Source of the DNA: Iphione sp. A-MEVVRFRX5
Taxonomy: Eukaryota
Reading direction: 5' to 3'
DNA: 64,000 nucleotides
Assembly: GCA_976226885.1 (NCBI GenBank)
Contig: OZ320317.1
Span: 95,170,001-95,234,000, forward strand
A program made the translations under genes and the position numbers. The notes under the pieces are model-generated. The model made no database searches, had not been told where the DNA came from, and was given only the letters and a program-made list of their open reading frames with translations. Shown here one piece after another: positions 32,163 through 43,913 of the stretch (its first letter is position 1; each line of letters starts with the position of its first letter).

Positions 32163-34569
32163 AAGCTCCAGTCTCTTTGAAGCACCCTTACCACACTAAA
32201 ATCAATTAAAATTAGGATGGAATAAAGAGAAAAGAAAATTTTATGAAAAAAATCAATACATGTTTTCATTGTATGGTATATCTTTTGCAGCTTCATTGGT
32301 ATGACAATCGTGCTCAGCAGTGGCTGAGGAGGTAGACATAGTGGTACTGTTTGGAACAGGGTTAAGGTTAGGGAAATGGATAGAGCTAGATCAAAATAAT
32401 TCAGAGAGATCAGTGGATAAACATGTCCAATGGATCGGCAGACGGCTATAAAAAGAGCATAAGAGATCATAATGAAAGAGAGAGGAAGAATATTAAAAAA
32501 AACAATTTTGGAGAGGCCTTTCAGGTGTATATGGATCAGTAAAAATCACAGCTTGGTGTGCCATTATCTATGTGAAGGGTCATCCTTGACAATTCTTTTG
32601 TCAGCCAAGCCATCCCATCATTGTTTTATCTTTATGCCAGAGAGCAACTGGGAAATGGGTTCTGATAGGGTCATCACCATAGTAACATCTATGCCAACTA
32701 GGCGTGTGTTCCCTTGGAAACAGATTCCCTAGATTAGATAATGCTTACATGATCCTTTTACAAGTCAGTCTCTCAAAACTCCAATAGGAGGCATTACAAC
32801 ACTTGACAAGAATGTTAAACAAAATATAAGACATTCCATGTGTTTCTAATGCATATGAGGTATAGGTACACATTTGCCTTTGTGTACTACACAGTATTAG
32901 GGATTGTACACTTACTCAGATCTAACATAAACATCCATCAGATATAAACATCCATCTTTGTTGTGTCTATCTACTAGTTATTGGAGCTACATGCATATGT
33001 AATACATACATCATTATACAAACATGAATAATGAAAAGAAGCAATTTAAATGAGCAGTGAACAGACTCACCAGGGCTAACCAAACTTCTGACTTGAGAAT
33101 GAGAAAATAAACTGGAGTAAATGTGACAACTGAGGTGCCCAGTTGCTCGCTTCATGCAGTACGCCATCTACCAGTCTACTGTCGGCTCAACAAGCAGCTC
33201 ACCATAGACTGTATGTTGGCTGCATGCCAATTAGATGAACACCTCACACTCCCGAAAAGCTGTAGGGGAGAGTGTAAGTCCCCTGTCCCTTCCTCCCTTG
33301 GGAAACATGTTTCCAACGGGAGATCTGTGTATGAATACATGTCACTTATGTTTGGAGCAAATTATAACCCTTAGACAATAGATGTATATGCTCTTGCTGA
33401 GGTTTTTCATCCCAATGAATTGTTTTAAAAGAATATTACTCCAACTGAAAAAAAAGAGATTTACTCCTCTTCTTCCAAGGTATCATTCAGAATCATGTGC
33501 TTAAGAACCTGTGGCACCGACAAATGCTTGCCAGTGCTCTGTTTACTACATCTCAGACCAAAAGTATTTAGCAATGGCCATTGTGGAGTGCTGAGCTACT
33601 CTTTGTTGCTTGGTGGCATCCATCCTTCACCTAATTGCACATATATGAATGCACTTCCCTCACTAATCTGATTTATATTACTGATTTCTACTGCTCAACA
33701 TATTTGCTATTAATGTGAGACATGGCTATAGTGTCCTCCTTGAGTGATGCAACAGCAAACAATGGAATTTTATTTGCTATTGCACTGCAGGCCAGTAACT
33801 AAACTCCTACCTGGAGGGGTTCTTACTCTTACTTTTTTACTCTAGTAGAATGCTTAAATTTGCTATTTAGGGGAATTCTATTAATACTATATTAATTGTT
33901 ATTGTTATTCTAATCTAACCCAGGAGAGTATATGCACAATGAGCCATAAAATCCAGTTTACTGGTACATGTATTTAGGTGAAACTCAGCAGCACTGTGGG
34001 GGTGGGGGAGAGGAGGTGAGGTGGACCCCTCTGAACCACCTAGTAACAGGCCGGAACTGAAGCTGTTTCAGTGTCTCAGTTTGTTCTTACATGTTATGAC
34101 AATACCTTAACTAGGTATGTGCAGGTAAGATTGGACAATATGCTGAAAGAAAAGCTTTGATTCTCACTCATTTCTGATCACTAAATGAGAAAGGCTCTCA
34201 CATACAGGTACCATTGGAACTAGAATAAACTGGGTCAAAAGTTGTAATTTGTTGTTGCCATTAGAATTTGTTAGAAATACATTTCAATGATTAAATGTCA
34301 ATAACTGTTAGACATACATTTGGTAGGTGAACTTCTGTGGTGATATGTTTTTGTACATCACCACCGCATGAACATTAATACAGAGGAGTCTTGATTTCCG
34401 ACCTATGCCATTACCAACCAAACTGGCCATTCTAACCATCTGAGTTCAGAACGGAAAGTCTTTCCATACATAACCTATTTGATTGATTATCGATTACCAA
34501 CCAAATCAATTTCCACCATTCTCAGCCTCCAACCAAGCACTTTTTCTGTACAGCGATTTCTGACCATTT

Positions 34570-34870
34570 CACTGATTTTCGGATGAATTTGCCTGAGTTT
34601 TGCTGATTTTGGAAGAATTTGGCTGTTTCGCTAATTTTCGTACATTTTGTGGATTTTCGGATGAATTTGGCTGAGTTTTGCCCATTTTCGGATGAATTTG
34701 GCTGAGTTTTGCCCATTTTCAGATGGTTATTCATTGTCTCAGGTGTTGGTATAGGTGTGAGGGCAACCACTACTACCTAACAAAGCGTTTGGAGTGTTAT
34801 TCATTGTCTCAGGTGTTGGTGAAGGTGTGAGAGCGACCACTACTGTAACAGAGTGTTTGGAGGGGTATTC
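34570..34870. repeat. Juxtaposed 27-bp and 70-bp repeat modules
   Basis: 34570-34720 matches 28770-28905 (reverse); 34725-34870 is about 2 units of the 70-bp repeat at 44885-45304 (reverse). Confidence 0.75.
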
Positions 34871-37558
34871 ATTAATAGAGAGAGAGAGAGAGAGAGGGAG
34901 AAAGGGATATTGCTTCCAGCCATGAATCACTACAAAATCAATTTCCCACCAAACTTGCAATCTGAGCAATCTTCTAGTTTGTTTTGTTATGAGTGCATAC
35001 TAATAGTAACACCAAATTACACAATCATTTAAATGACACTGGGAGGAAAACAGGCCATCCCATGATCACCCCAACAAATTTAGTTTTGTAGACACTTTAG
35101 AAATATAACACTAAAGTGATACAGTACTCATAATCATTTGTTTCTCTTATTCAGTTTCACTGAACTGTGTAATGATTATTTTCAGTTGGTTAAATTAGAA
35201 AGGGCAAAACTTTCAGTTTTTTGGTCAGAGAAGCAAACGTTATAAAGACAAGTACATATCTTTTTAAACCTCTTGAAGAGATGTATCCAAACAACTATAT
35301 TCTGTGTTTCCTAAAGTAATTAATTAAGAATTATGGGCAGAGATACCACTTGTCAACGTCTCATGCGAACTGCTCTTACACTTTTCATCTTTCACACACA
35401 CAAATGCACTGTCCACCACACATCTTTGAAGGACACCTGTGTTTGGCTGCATGAAGCTAAGTGAAGGACAAAACACATGGTGATGCATATGCATGCCTAA
35501 GGCAGGCCAACACAGGTAAGGAAACCAGGCCTAACCAAGTCTGCCCACAGTCTTCATGGCGAATACCATTTCTACAGTTAAGGTATTTTTTCAATGAATA
35601 AGAGGAGGGATGTGTACAGACTGCACTTGTACATGCATGTCCTTTACATGGAGATGGCTACAGAATACATGTACTACTAGATTAAGACTTGAGCTCTCAA
35701 CAAGAACTAAAAACAGCCAATTTGCAGAGAATTGAAAAGATAGTTGACTTACTGTGAAAGTAGCCTCTCCACGACTGTCAGCATGTTACATTGTACTGAC
35801 ATTTAGTCCATGCCATTAAAGTAACTTGGAGATGTTATATCTTATTCTCATTAAGAATATTATTAATCAGCATTGATCAACTGATTAACCCAATTGATAA
35901 ACCCATAGGTGTACCCTCCCTTTGAAGAGATTGGCCGTTGTTCATTTTATATTGCCAGTATTTGGCAATCCAGAAGTTGGAATACATGTAGGGTACTTCA
36001 TATCAGTGTCAAGAGGCAAGGCTAACCACCACTGATGCTACCGTGATCACTGTAGTCTCCACTTAGATGGTTAAAAAAAACGAGCAAGTTCTACTAGAGC
36101 AGCGAAGGAGCTTGGATAAAAGTGAGTGAGAATGTCAGATGACACCCTGGATTTTATAAGCTTCATGTTGAAATTAGAACTTTATACATAAAAATATATT
36201 AGATTGGAATTAGAAATATATTTAAATGGCTGCATATTGAATGGTCATGAAGGCAAATCCTTCTAAAGTCATTCAATTAGTTAAGTAAGGATGCAGCCTC
36301 CATGGACCAACAATATAACAAGCAACACTGCAGCAAACGCTGCATATGGAGGTCATATTCTCTCAAATAGTAACTGTGAGTGATTAGGGGCAGATTAGCA
36401 TGACCAAGTCGAGGGGGAGGTATAGAAAGAAACTGTGATAACTCAAAAACTTTTGCACATATAAGGATGTGACTTCGACCAAAATGCTCCGGGCCAATGG
36501 ATGCAGGTGATAGGGGGCATTCAGGGTGACCCAGTTTATAGGCAGGTAAAGACAAAAACTGATAATTCGGAAACTATTGCACATAGAAGGATGTGAATTT
36601 AACCAAAATACTCCTAGATAGACCTGGACGCTCTCCAGTGGTATTCTCACTAATTTTGTGCTAAGCACCAACTTTTACACTTCTGAGGAGGCCAGGGAGA
36701 AAAGCTTTTATAACTTGAGAACTATTGCACCTAGAAGGACGGGACCTGAACCAAAATACTTATAGGGAGGCCCTGGAGCTTCTCCAATAGTTCTATTGCT
36801 AATTTTCGCGGCCCTACTATGGCAGCCTACCGTGGCCAGGGCTGCATCTGCTGGCTGTTGGGGGGGGGGGAGTCCTTAGGGCAGGGGGAAGGGCTGCTAG
36901 TAGCCAAGGCGGCTCCGGTAGTGTCTGGCGGCCACACGGGGGTTGTAAGAGGAGGGGAAACGATTGCTAGCAGCAGAGGCAGCTCCGGTAGTGTCTGGCG
37001 GCCACACGGGGGTTGGAGGAAGGGGAAGGAGTGCTCGTCACCAAGGCAGCTAGGATCGCGCCTCCCAGCTGGGGGGGGGGGCTGTTAGAGAAGGGGGAAG
37101 CCGAGGCGATCTCCCACCTTCCCTCCTGCACTGCGAGGAACTGCCACTCAACTGAGGGTCCTGACTAAGGTGATGAAACAGGGGAACTCGCCAACTCAAC
37201 ATCAAAGTGAACACGTTTCTCAGTTTAACATAGGATTCTCCATAGGCCTTCTATGACCTGCAAACCTTGACTAAGAGTGCAGGGAGCCGGCTCAGACTTC
37301 AAAGAATAAACTCCTCCCATTTTCAAGACTGAACACTCGGCTCAATAATGGAGGTCTCAGCACCACTACTGTGGACAGTGGACTGAGCTCCATTGCGGCT
37401 GGGACCTCCATTGAATATTTTGTATGAGACCAGATTGCTTTATTCAATGTATGATTTTACATCTTTGACATCATAACAAACAAAGCTGCACTGAAACATC
37501 CCTTACACACTTCCTCTATGCTAATCACTCGCATAACATGTCGGTATATGGGCACATA

Positions 37559-37977
37559 CCATGCCTCTAGCCCGGAACTTCTGTGGGGGGTATCTGAAAC
37601 TAGAGAGGTGGAACTCCTGGTTAGAATGGTGGAACTCCCTTCAGAAGTTTAAATACCAGTATCTTATTAATTCTTACACAGATTCTCTTCAAACTTAGCA
37701 GACTTCCAGATATGTCTGTTGGCTGTACTCAGTAAAACTTTGGTAATCATAGCCTTATGTCTGTAGGCAGGAGAATTGATCAATCTGGCAATCAGGTGGG
37801 ACTCCTGGGGGGGGGGGGGGTATCAGACGATACCCCCAATACCCCCTTGGCTACAGGCATGGTCATAGTCTGAGGGGACATTATGTTTTTCAGGGTGGAA
37901 CTAATGAGTCTTCGGGGGGGGGGGGGTTATCGGACGATACCCCCGATACCCCCTTGGCTAGGGGCCTGCATACACAT
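37559..37977. mobile_element. Small G-tract-containing inverted-repeat element(s)
   Basis: accatgcctctagcc ... ggctacaggcatggt 15-bp TIR (1 mismatch) around 37559-37863, then a second similar right end ggctaggggcctg. Confidence 0.45.
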
Positions 37978-38714
37978 GGGCAGGGCCATGAAAGCATGTT
38001 CATGAATGTTATACCCAGCCGACATTTACAGCGGATAGAAAGCATGGCAATGAATAGAGACCGTGAAAAAACACAACCACAGCTTCACGGCCATGGTGAA
38101 ATGCACATGGAAACCCAGTCTTGAAACAAACAGAAAATAGACTTAATATAATAATGAACTCAATACAGCCAGTTTTGGTTTTACATGGAGTTCCTAGCGA
38201 TATATTCCTAGGAAATAGAAAAGTGCTCAATATGGCGAATTATACAGTTAATCCGGTAATAGACTTCAAGATATTCTGATAATTTGGAAAAATATCAATC
38301 CAAGAAAATATTTATAATATTCTGTCATCTCGTTTCTTCAAGGAAAATGTTCAGCTAAAGTATATAGGTGTTATATCCTTAACATAAAATGCATATTCGT
38401 AAACAAATATACTACTCTTAGGTCCCTGCTTACCTCTGAAAGGCAAATGAACTAAACTGTCATATGTATCAAATTTAGCTACACAAGCACCGTACCTTCT
38501 TTACTCGCGTTGAGTTGGTCTCAGACTGTCAACATTAACATGTATCAACGTTTTAGATGCTGACAGGCATTTATATTATGCTAAATGAAGAAAAGTATCA
38601 CAAATTACTTCTCCGTGTCTCAAAATATGTATTGCATTCCAGTAAACGGAGCAAATTCAGTGAATATTCCGCACGTACTCCCTTTCGCCTCGGACAACCT
38701 TCACTGAAATTCGC

Positions 38715-38830
38715 CCGGAAGTTTACACTGTGAGTTCTGGGAGAAGATCCAGTTAAGCCAATCAGACATGCCGTTACATCGCAAAGCCAATCATAGATCT
38801 CCGTGCATTTTGAATAATGGCCGCCATTTT
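38715..38830 (+). promoter_or_regulatory. ECT2 promoter with G2/M-type architecture
   Basis: ETS CCGGAAGT 38715, CCAAT at 38758 and 38787, CHR-like TTTGAA 38809, YY1 CCGCCATTTT 38821, about 180 bp upstream of the ATG. Confidence 0.65.
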
Positions 38831-39005
38831 CAAACTCACGACTTTAATGTTTATGTGGTAGAAAGTGGCTTAATATACAATTATTGATTGTTATCGTCGC
38901 TATTCATGATCTGTAAGCCCAAAGTACAAAGAGCCTCTTCTTTTGGAAGGCTGACAAGGTAAGGAAAGTCAGATTTACCGCAAAAACAGGAAATTATCGA
39001 CAGCC

Positions 39006-39081
39006 ATGGCGGACTTCAGCAACAGTAACGTGGATAGTGTGATCCTGGGAAAGGATACTACTGCAGGCCTTGATCCTGAAG
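39006..39081 (+). CDS. ECT2: ECT2 coding exon 1
   Basis: cagccATGGCG Kozak context, MADFSNSNVDSVILGKDTTAGLDPE, donor G|gtatgt, phase fits the next exon. Confidence 0.65.
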
Positions 39082-41801
39082 GTATGTGTTTATTTTACTA
39101 TGTGAAATATGAATTGTATATTATTTCTTGATTAAGTCGTCACCCTGTTGATTGCATTCAATCCCGGACATCATCTTTGGGATCAGACAAATGACATGTC
39201 CGGAGGATCCTTTGACCTGTTTTCGCACACAGAGATCTAGACGTGACTGCTTTAAATTAAAGTGAAAGTCAGATTGTTCTGTCAACAGTTAAAAGCTATG
39301 CATTCTGACAATCCAGACTTTACAGGACATTGTGATTGACTTAATTACTCCCTAGTAAATGACATTCTTTGATTTTTTTTTCATATTGCCCATAGTAGGT
39401 GCATCTCGACAAGCTTGACTTGTGACCTGGAATGCCTGTACGTTATGCTGGCCACTTCACAACCAGCTGACAGCTGTGCCCCTGTGGTACACTAATATTT
39501 CTCTCTGTTTCAAGCAGCTCTTTGTTCTTGGATTAAGTCATCTTCACGTATTGCTTTATTCACCGTCCCTAAGGGAAGGGTTCTATTCAACGATTCAGCC
39601 CCTTACCTAAGACGAAGGACCAGCCCTTCTTTTGTTTCACCCACTAGCTAAATAAAAGGACGATTAGTCGGAGTAGCTGTGCACAGTTGCACGCGGAGAC
39701 AGAAGACACTCCCAGTTACAGAATTGGGCTGCCTCACCGGCGAAGCCCCTGCCTCAAATAGGTAAAACTATAAATGTCAATGAGTTGCTGTCAGTCTGGA
39801 GTGTAAGATATTAAGAGTGTCAGTTTGGACTCGTGTTTGTTTCTCCAGAGGTTTATTCACATCAGGGGAGGGATTGCCCAAGTTCACGTTTCTTGATCTA
39901 CATGTATAATGGTCCATGTAAAATAGTACAAGTTAAACATGGCACTGTTAATTATACCGTTGGCCCCTTTTAAACAAGCAAGTATACATGTCAAAGAACA
40001 TTGATATATCTAAAAAAATATCAGATCGGCGTGGGTGGTAACATTTTATATCTTCTTCCTGGAACTCTTGTTGGATGTCATTCCCCCACCACCACAACCT
40101 CTTCCCCCGTCCTCGGCTCACACTTACTCATATAGAAATATAGTTGATATTGTCGGTTACATTGAATATCAAGTGTAATAAAGTAAAAAAAAATAGTTAC
40201 ATTTATCATAGTTATCATCATGTCGGTTACCGAGGGATGACTCAGTCGTGCTGTTATGGTTATACAGGATTAGATATTTTGATTTATATAGTATGATTTA
40301 ATAGTTCATCGATTCATTCCCGAAAGTGATCACAAATTTTAGTGCCTAAATGCACAGCCCCCAACCCCCCCCCCCCACCCCACGCATGCACAAAATGTCC
40401 TGGCTACGATCCCGATGCATATAAGGGCCAGAGGGGCTAACTTTTAAGCAGGGTCTTGGAACCGGTGCATTATATTCCGAAGAACTATGTAGTTTATTCG
40501 AAGGACTGAAATGTTTCTATTCGAGAATTGTTTCCAAAATGGCCCGATTTGCAATAGCTCTTTCAAATTATGGTCCTACCTAGGACTACGGACCTCATGT
40601 GTGTTTGCCTGAGCTTATCATGCCGTCTTTGCACTCGACGACTTGGGATGACAAGCATTGTTTGATGCTCTCGTCCTAGGCATCCGGTATGCATTGTCAG
40701 GTATGCCACAGCTAAGACCAGCGTCTCGGCAGTATTTGCTCCAACATCAAAGCAGCTGGTTAGGCGTTAGGGGAAAGGGTAGGGGTGAGGGTGGGTGAGG
40801 TGGAGGCGGAGGTGGCACGCGGTGGTCACACCTAGCCTTTCATCATAGGACACCCGTGAAAACGGGTCTGTTTGAGGCGCTGGAGTGCAGCCTACCACCG
40901 TTATGTCAAGCCCTCCCGCCTCATGTCCTAAGTAAAGAAAACGAAACAAAGAAACTGCACTCGAGAACAGTTGGTTTCCTCCATGGTTCGGCGCTCGAAA
41001 TAGAAATAGGTCACGTCGTGCGTTGCCTCCATTTACACACTTGCTTTCGGGTTAAAGTTGGTGTCCTGGTGTTGGTCAGCATTTTAGATACACTGGAAAG
41101 ACCCTAATAGGGTCATCCATGGTTCCTAGACCATCTATGATTTACTGATTGCACTGGTCCGTTGCTAGGAAAACTTTCACCCTTTGCTCCTACAACAGTG
41201 GTTATTGTTCTGGACAGGCTTGGAAGTACATCATCAATAACTGTTACTTTCATGTGATGATGCCTGATACAGATCATAACCAGGAGACACGCTATTGTTA
41301 AGTTCGGATGTGGCCATGGCTCATCCCGTTTGTCCTGAAAGTGTTGCTGTTATAGGTATGTCCCCATTGGATGCGTCTATAGAGTGGTTTTTCCCTGCAG
41401 GGATTAGTTGACACGTAATTAATTTCGTGGCACAATGTTTGTTTGATAATTCAAGCATGGTGTACATATCATTATGTCAAATATCAATTAAAGAAAAAAC
41501 TCAAATACAATTACAGATACTAGACATAACATAGTCCTGGATGTAATTATTGAAATACTGTACGGATTTTTAAAAAATTGCGCATTCTATTGAAGTCATC
41601 CAAGAGAGTGTTTAACTGCTGACGTAACACTTGAATGGAATCCGCTCTTCGATTGTTGAAGATGCCCAAGCTTTTCGATCACATGTATTCGTATTTGTTT
41701 CTTCCACTTTAACATTTATAATCATAATAGATTGGCCACCACGCCAAGTCAGTGGAAAAGTCCATTGCCCGGCCATGGAGATGTGACTCTGATCTCTACG
41801 C

Positions 41802-42039
41802 CACTCTTTGAATACCATCTTATTTAAAGTTGCATGCTCAAGCTCCTTGATTGATGAGGTGTGTTTTTCGTTCTCCCGACACAGAGGAGCAGCCTGATGT
41901 TCGTTTCATTGTGGTGGGTCACTCTCTGAATACCATCTTATTTAAAGTTGCATGCTCAAGCTCCTTGATTGATGAGGTGTGTTTTTCGTTCTCTCCGACA
42001 CAGAGGAGCAGCCTGATGTTCGTTTCATTGTGGTGGGTC
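41802..42039 (+). repeat. About 119-bp tandem duplication spanning an ECT2 splice acceptor
   Basis: Two near-identical copies of gaataccatct...cag|aggagcagcc...gtggtgggtc. Confidence 0.9.
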
Positions 42040-42080
42040 GGCAGTGCCAGGAAGACGCTGACCTGCAGCGAGCTCTGGAG
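42004..42080 (+). CDS. ECT2: ECT2 coding exon 2
   Basis: cag|AG...GAG|gtgagt; EEQPDVRFIVVGRQCQEDADLQRALE. Confidence 0.75.
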
Positions 42081-42102
42081 GTGAGTTACTGGAGTACACA
42101 CA

Positions 42103-42134
<32 letters not shown>

Positions 42135-42686
42135 GGGAGACCCTGGAGGAGCTCATTTACCAATGTGTACGCGTGGAGCAAACATGCCTACACTCCTTCA
42201 CCCCCCCCCCCACACACGCACGCACGCACGCACGCACACACACAACCTTCACGCACATATGCACTAATCTTTCTCTGCTGCTTTGAAGAAGGTCAGTCAC
42301 CACCCCCATCACACTACCTAAGACATGGACCCACACACCTAGCTACATGCACTTCATCCTTTTGTTTGGTCTGGTTTGTGACTAAAGTTCCGTGTGCCCG
42401 ATAAGGACATATTCTAATAAAATAATCATAGAATCCATGTTGTGATTGCACAATATGGAATCTAAATACTGCACGCTTGGAAATCTAGCCCAAGTCCTGC
42501 CACTGACATTTTGTCCGGGACATCCAGTGGAGATCATACGCCTACTCTGGTCCTCAAAAAATACTGCATAGTGCAAGATGTGCTGAAGAAGAGACGGCAT
42601 GGTACAAAAGGAACTAGAGTGGCATCTCATTTCTCGTCATATAAACGTTTCACTTGGCAGTACACGTTTTGTGTTGTCTTGGCACG

Positions 42687-42859
42687 NNNNNNNNNNNNNN
42701 NNNNNNNNNNNNNNNNNNNNNNNNNNNNNNNNNNNNNNNNNNNNNNNNNNNNNNNNNNNNNNNNNNNNNNNNNNNNNNNNNNNNNNNNNNNNNNNNNNNN
42801 NNNNNNNNNNNNNNNNNNNNNNNNNNNNNNNNNNNNNNNNNNNNNNNNNNNNNNNNNNN
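42687..42859. other. Assembly gap
   Basis: Run of N. Confidence 1.
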
Positions 42860-43351
42860 GATAGAGTGGAAATACATGTAGAGGGTGGGGGCTGAAAGGA
42901 GAGAGAATGCGTGAGTGAGAGGTTGAATGTTTGAGTATGTGGCTCTCCTACTCATCCGTTCTGAGGATAATATATTCACAGGGTATCTGCTGATCCAATG
43001 CTCATTATTGACAGCATTCCGGGAGTCCTCATAGAGGCTAATCCAACTGTCAAACTTGATTTTTTTTCGAAACCAAAAAAATCACATTGAAAGATACATA
43101 TGTGATAAAATGTTATATTTAAGCAATATCTTACAGTTATGGTGACAGACATCTGTTACTAAGTGGAGTACACTTCTCCTTCACAATAAAGTTCCTTCCA
43201 AACTGAAATCTCCAAGTGATTTCAAGCAGAAGCACCGCTGCACTGAGATCGGGCAGCACGGCTCGCCTGTTTCTGTATCTGCTGCATCAAACACTCAGAG
43301 CACTAGTCAGGCTCCGTCTACGGTCCACCTACAAACTGTTATTTTTTTCAG

Positions 43352-43531
43352 ATACTGGGTATGCCAGTCGACTATTCACACACTGGGCTGGAGCACCTCT
43401 CTGAAGTAGGCAACTATGATGCTGTCTTTGTGCTGGGCTCCTTCACAGGCGATATCTTCCAACGGCTACACCGTGCTGGAGCGAGAATCATGGGGCCTCC
43501 AGTCATCATCCGCTGTGCCAAGCAGGGCCTG
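43352..43531 (+). CDS. ECT2: ECT2 coding exon 3 (BRCT0 region)
   Basis: VFVLGSFTGDIFQRLHRAGARIMGPPVIIRCA resembles ECT2 VFVV.DF...F..L....RVIGPPVV; canonical splice sites. Confidence 0.88.
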
Positions 43532-43913
43532 GTGAGTGACTCATTAACTCTGCCCTTATTTAAAGCTGGGCCTGATGAGTGACTCATTAACTCTGTGCTT
43601 ATTTAAAGCTGGGCCTGGTGAGTGAGTGACTCATTAACTATATCCTTATTTAAAGCTGGGCCTGGTGAGTGATTCATTAAATCTGTGCTTATTTAAAGCT
43701 GGGCCTGGTGAGTGAGTGACTCATTAACTATATCCTTATTTAAAGCTGGGCCTGGTGAGTGATTCATCATTAACCGTATGCTTATTTAAAACTGGGCTTG
43801 ATTAGAGTCACATTATTTATTATCTGTAGGATCATTTAAAGCTGGACCTCGTCAGTGTCACATAATTAAATGTATGATCAATTGAAGCTGGGCTTGGTGA
43901 GTGTCTCATTATT
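43532..43913 (+). repeat. About 42-46-bp minisatellite derived from the exon 3 donor
   Basis: Units of ...aagctgggcctg|gtgagtgactcattaact; the array resumes at 50977-51240. Confidence 0.85.

Noticed and set aside
37155-37185. Hammerhead ribozyme (ctgactaa...gaaac); also gacgaaacgttgg at about 57868
   Set aside because: First lacks the invariant CUGANGA core and flanking stems; second is cut by an assembly gap so cannot be assessed
39420-39740. Structured ncRNA or solo LTR in ECT2 intron 1
   Set aside because: Only short hairpins; no TG...CA ends with TSD and no RNA family signature I can identify
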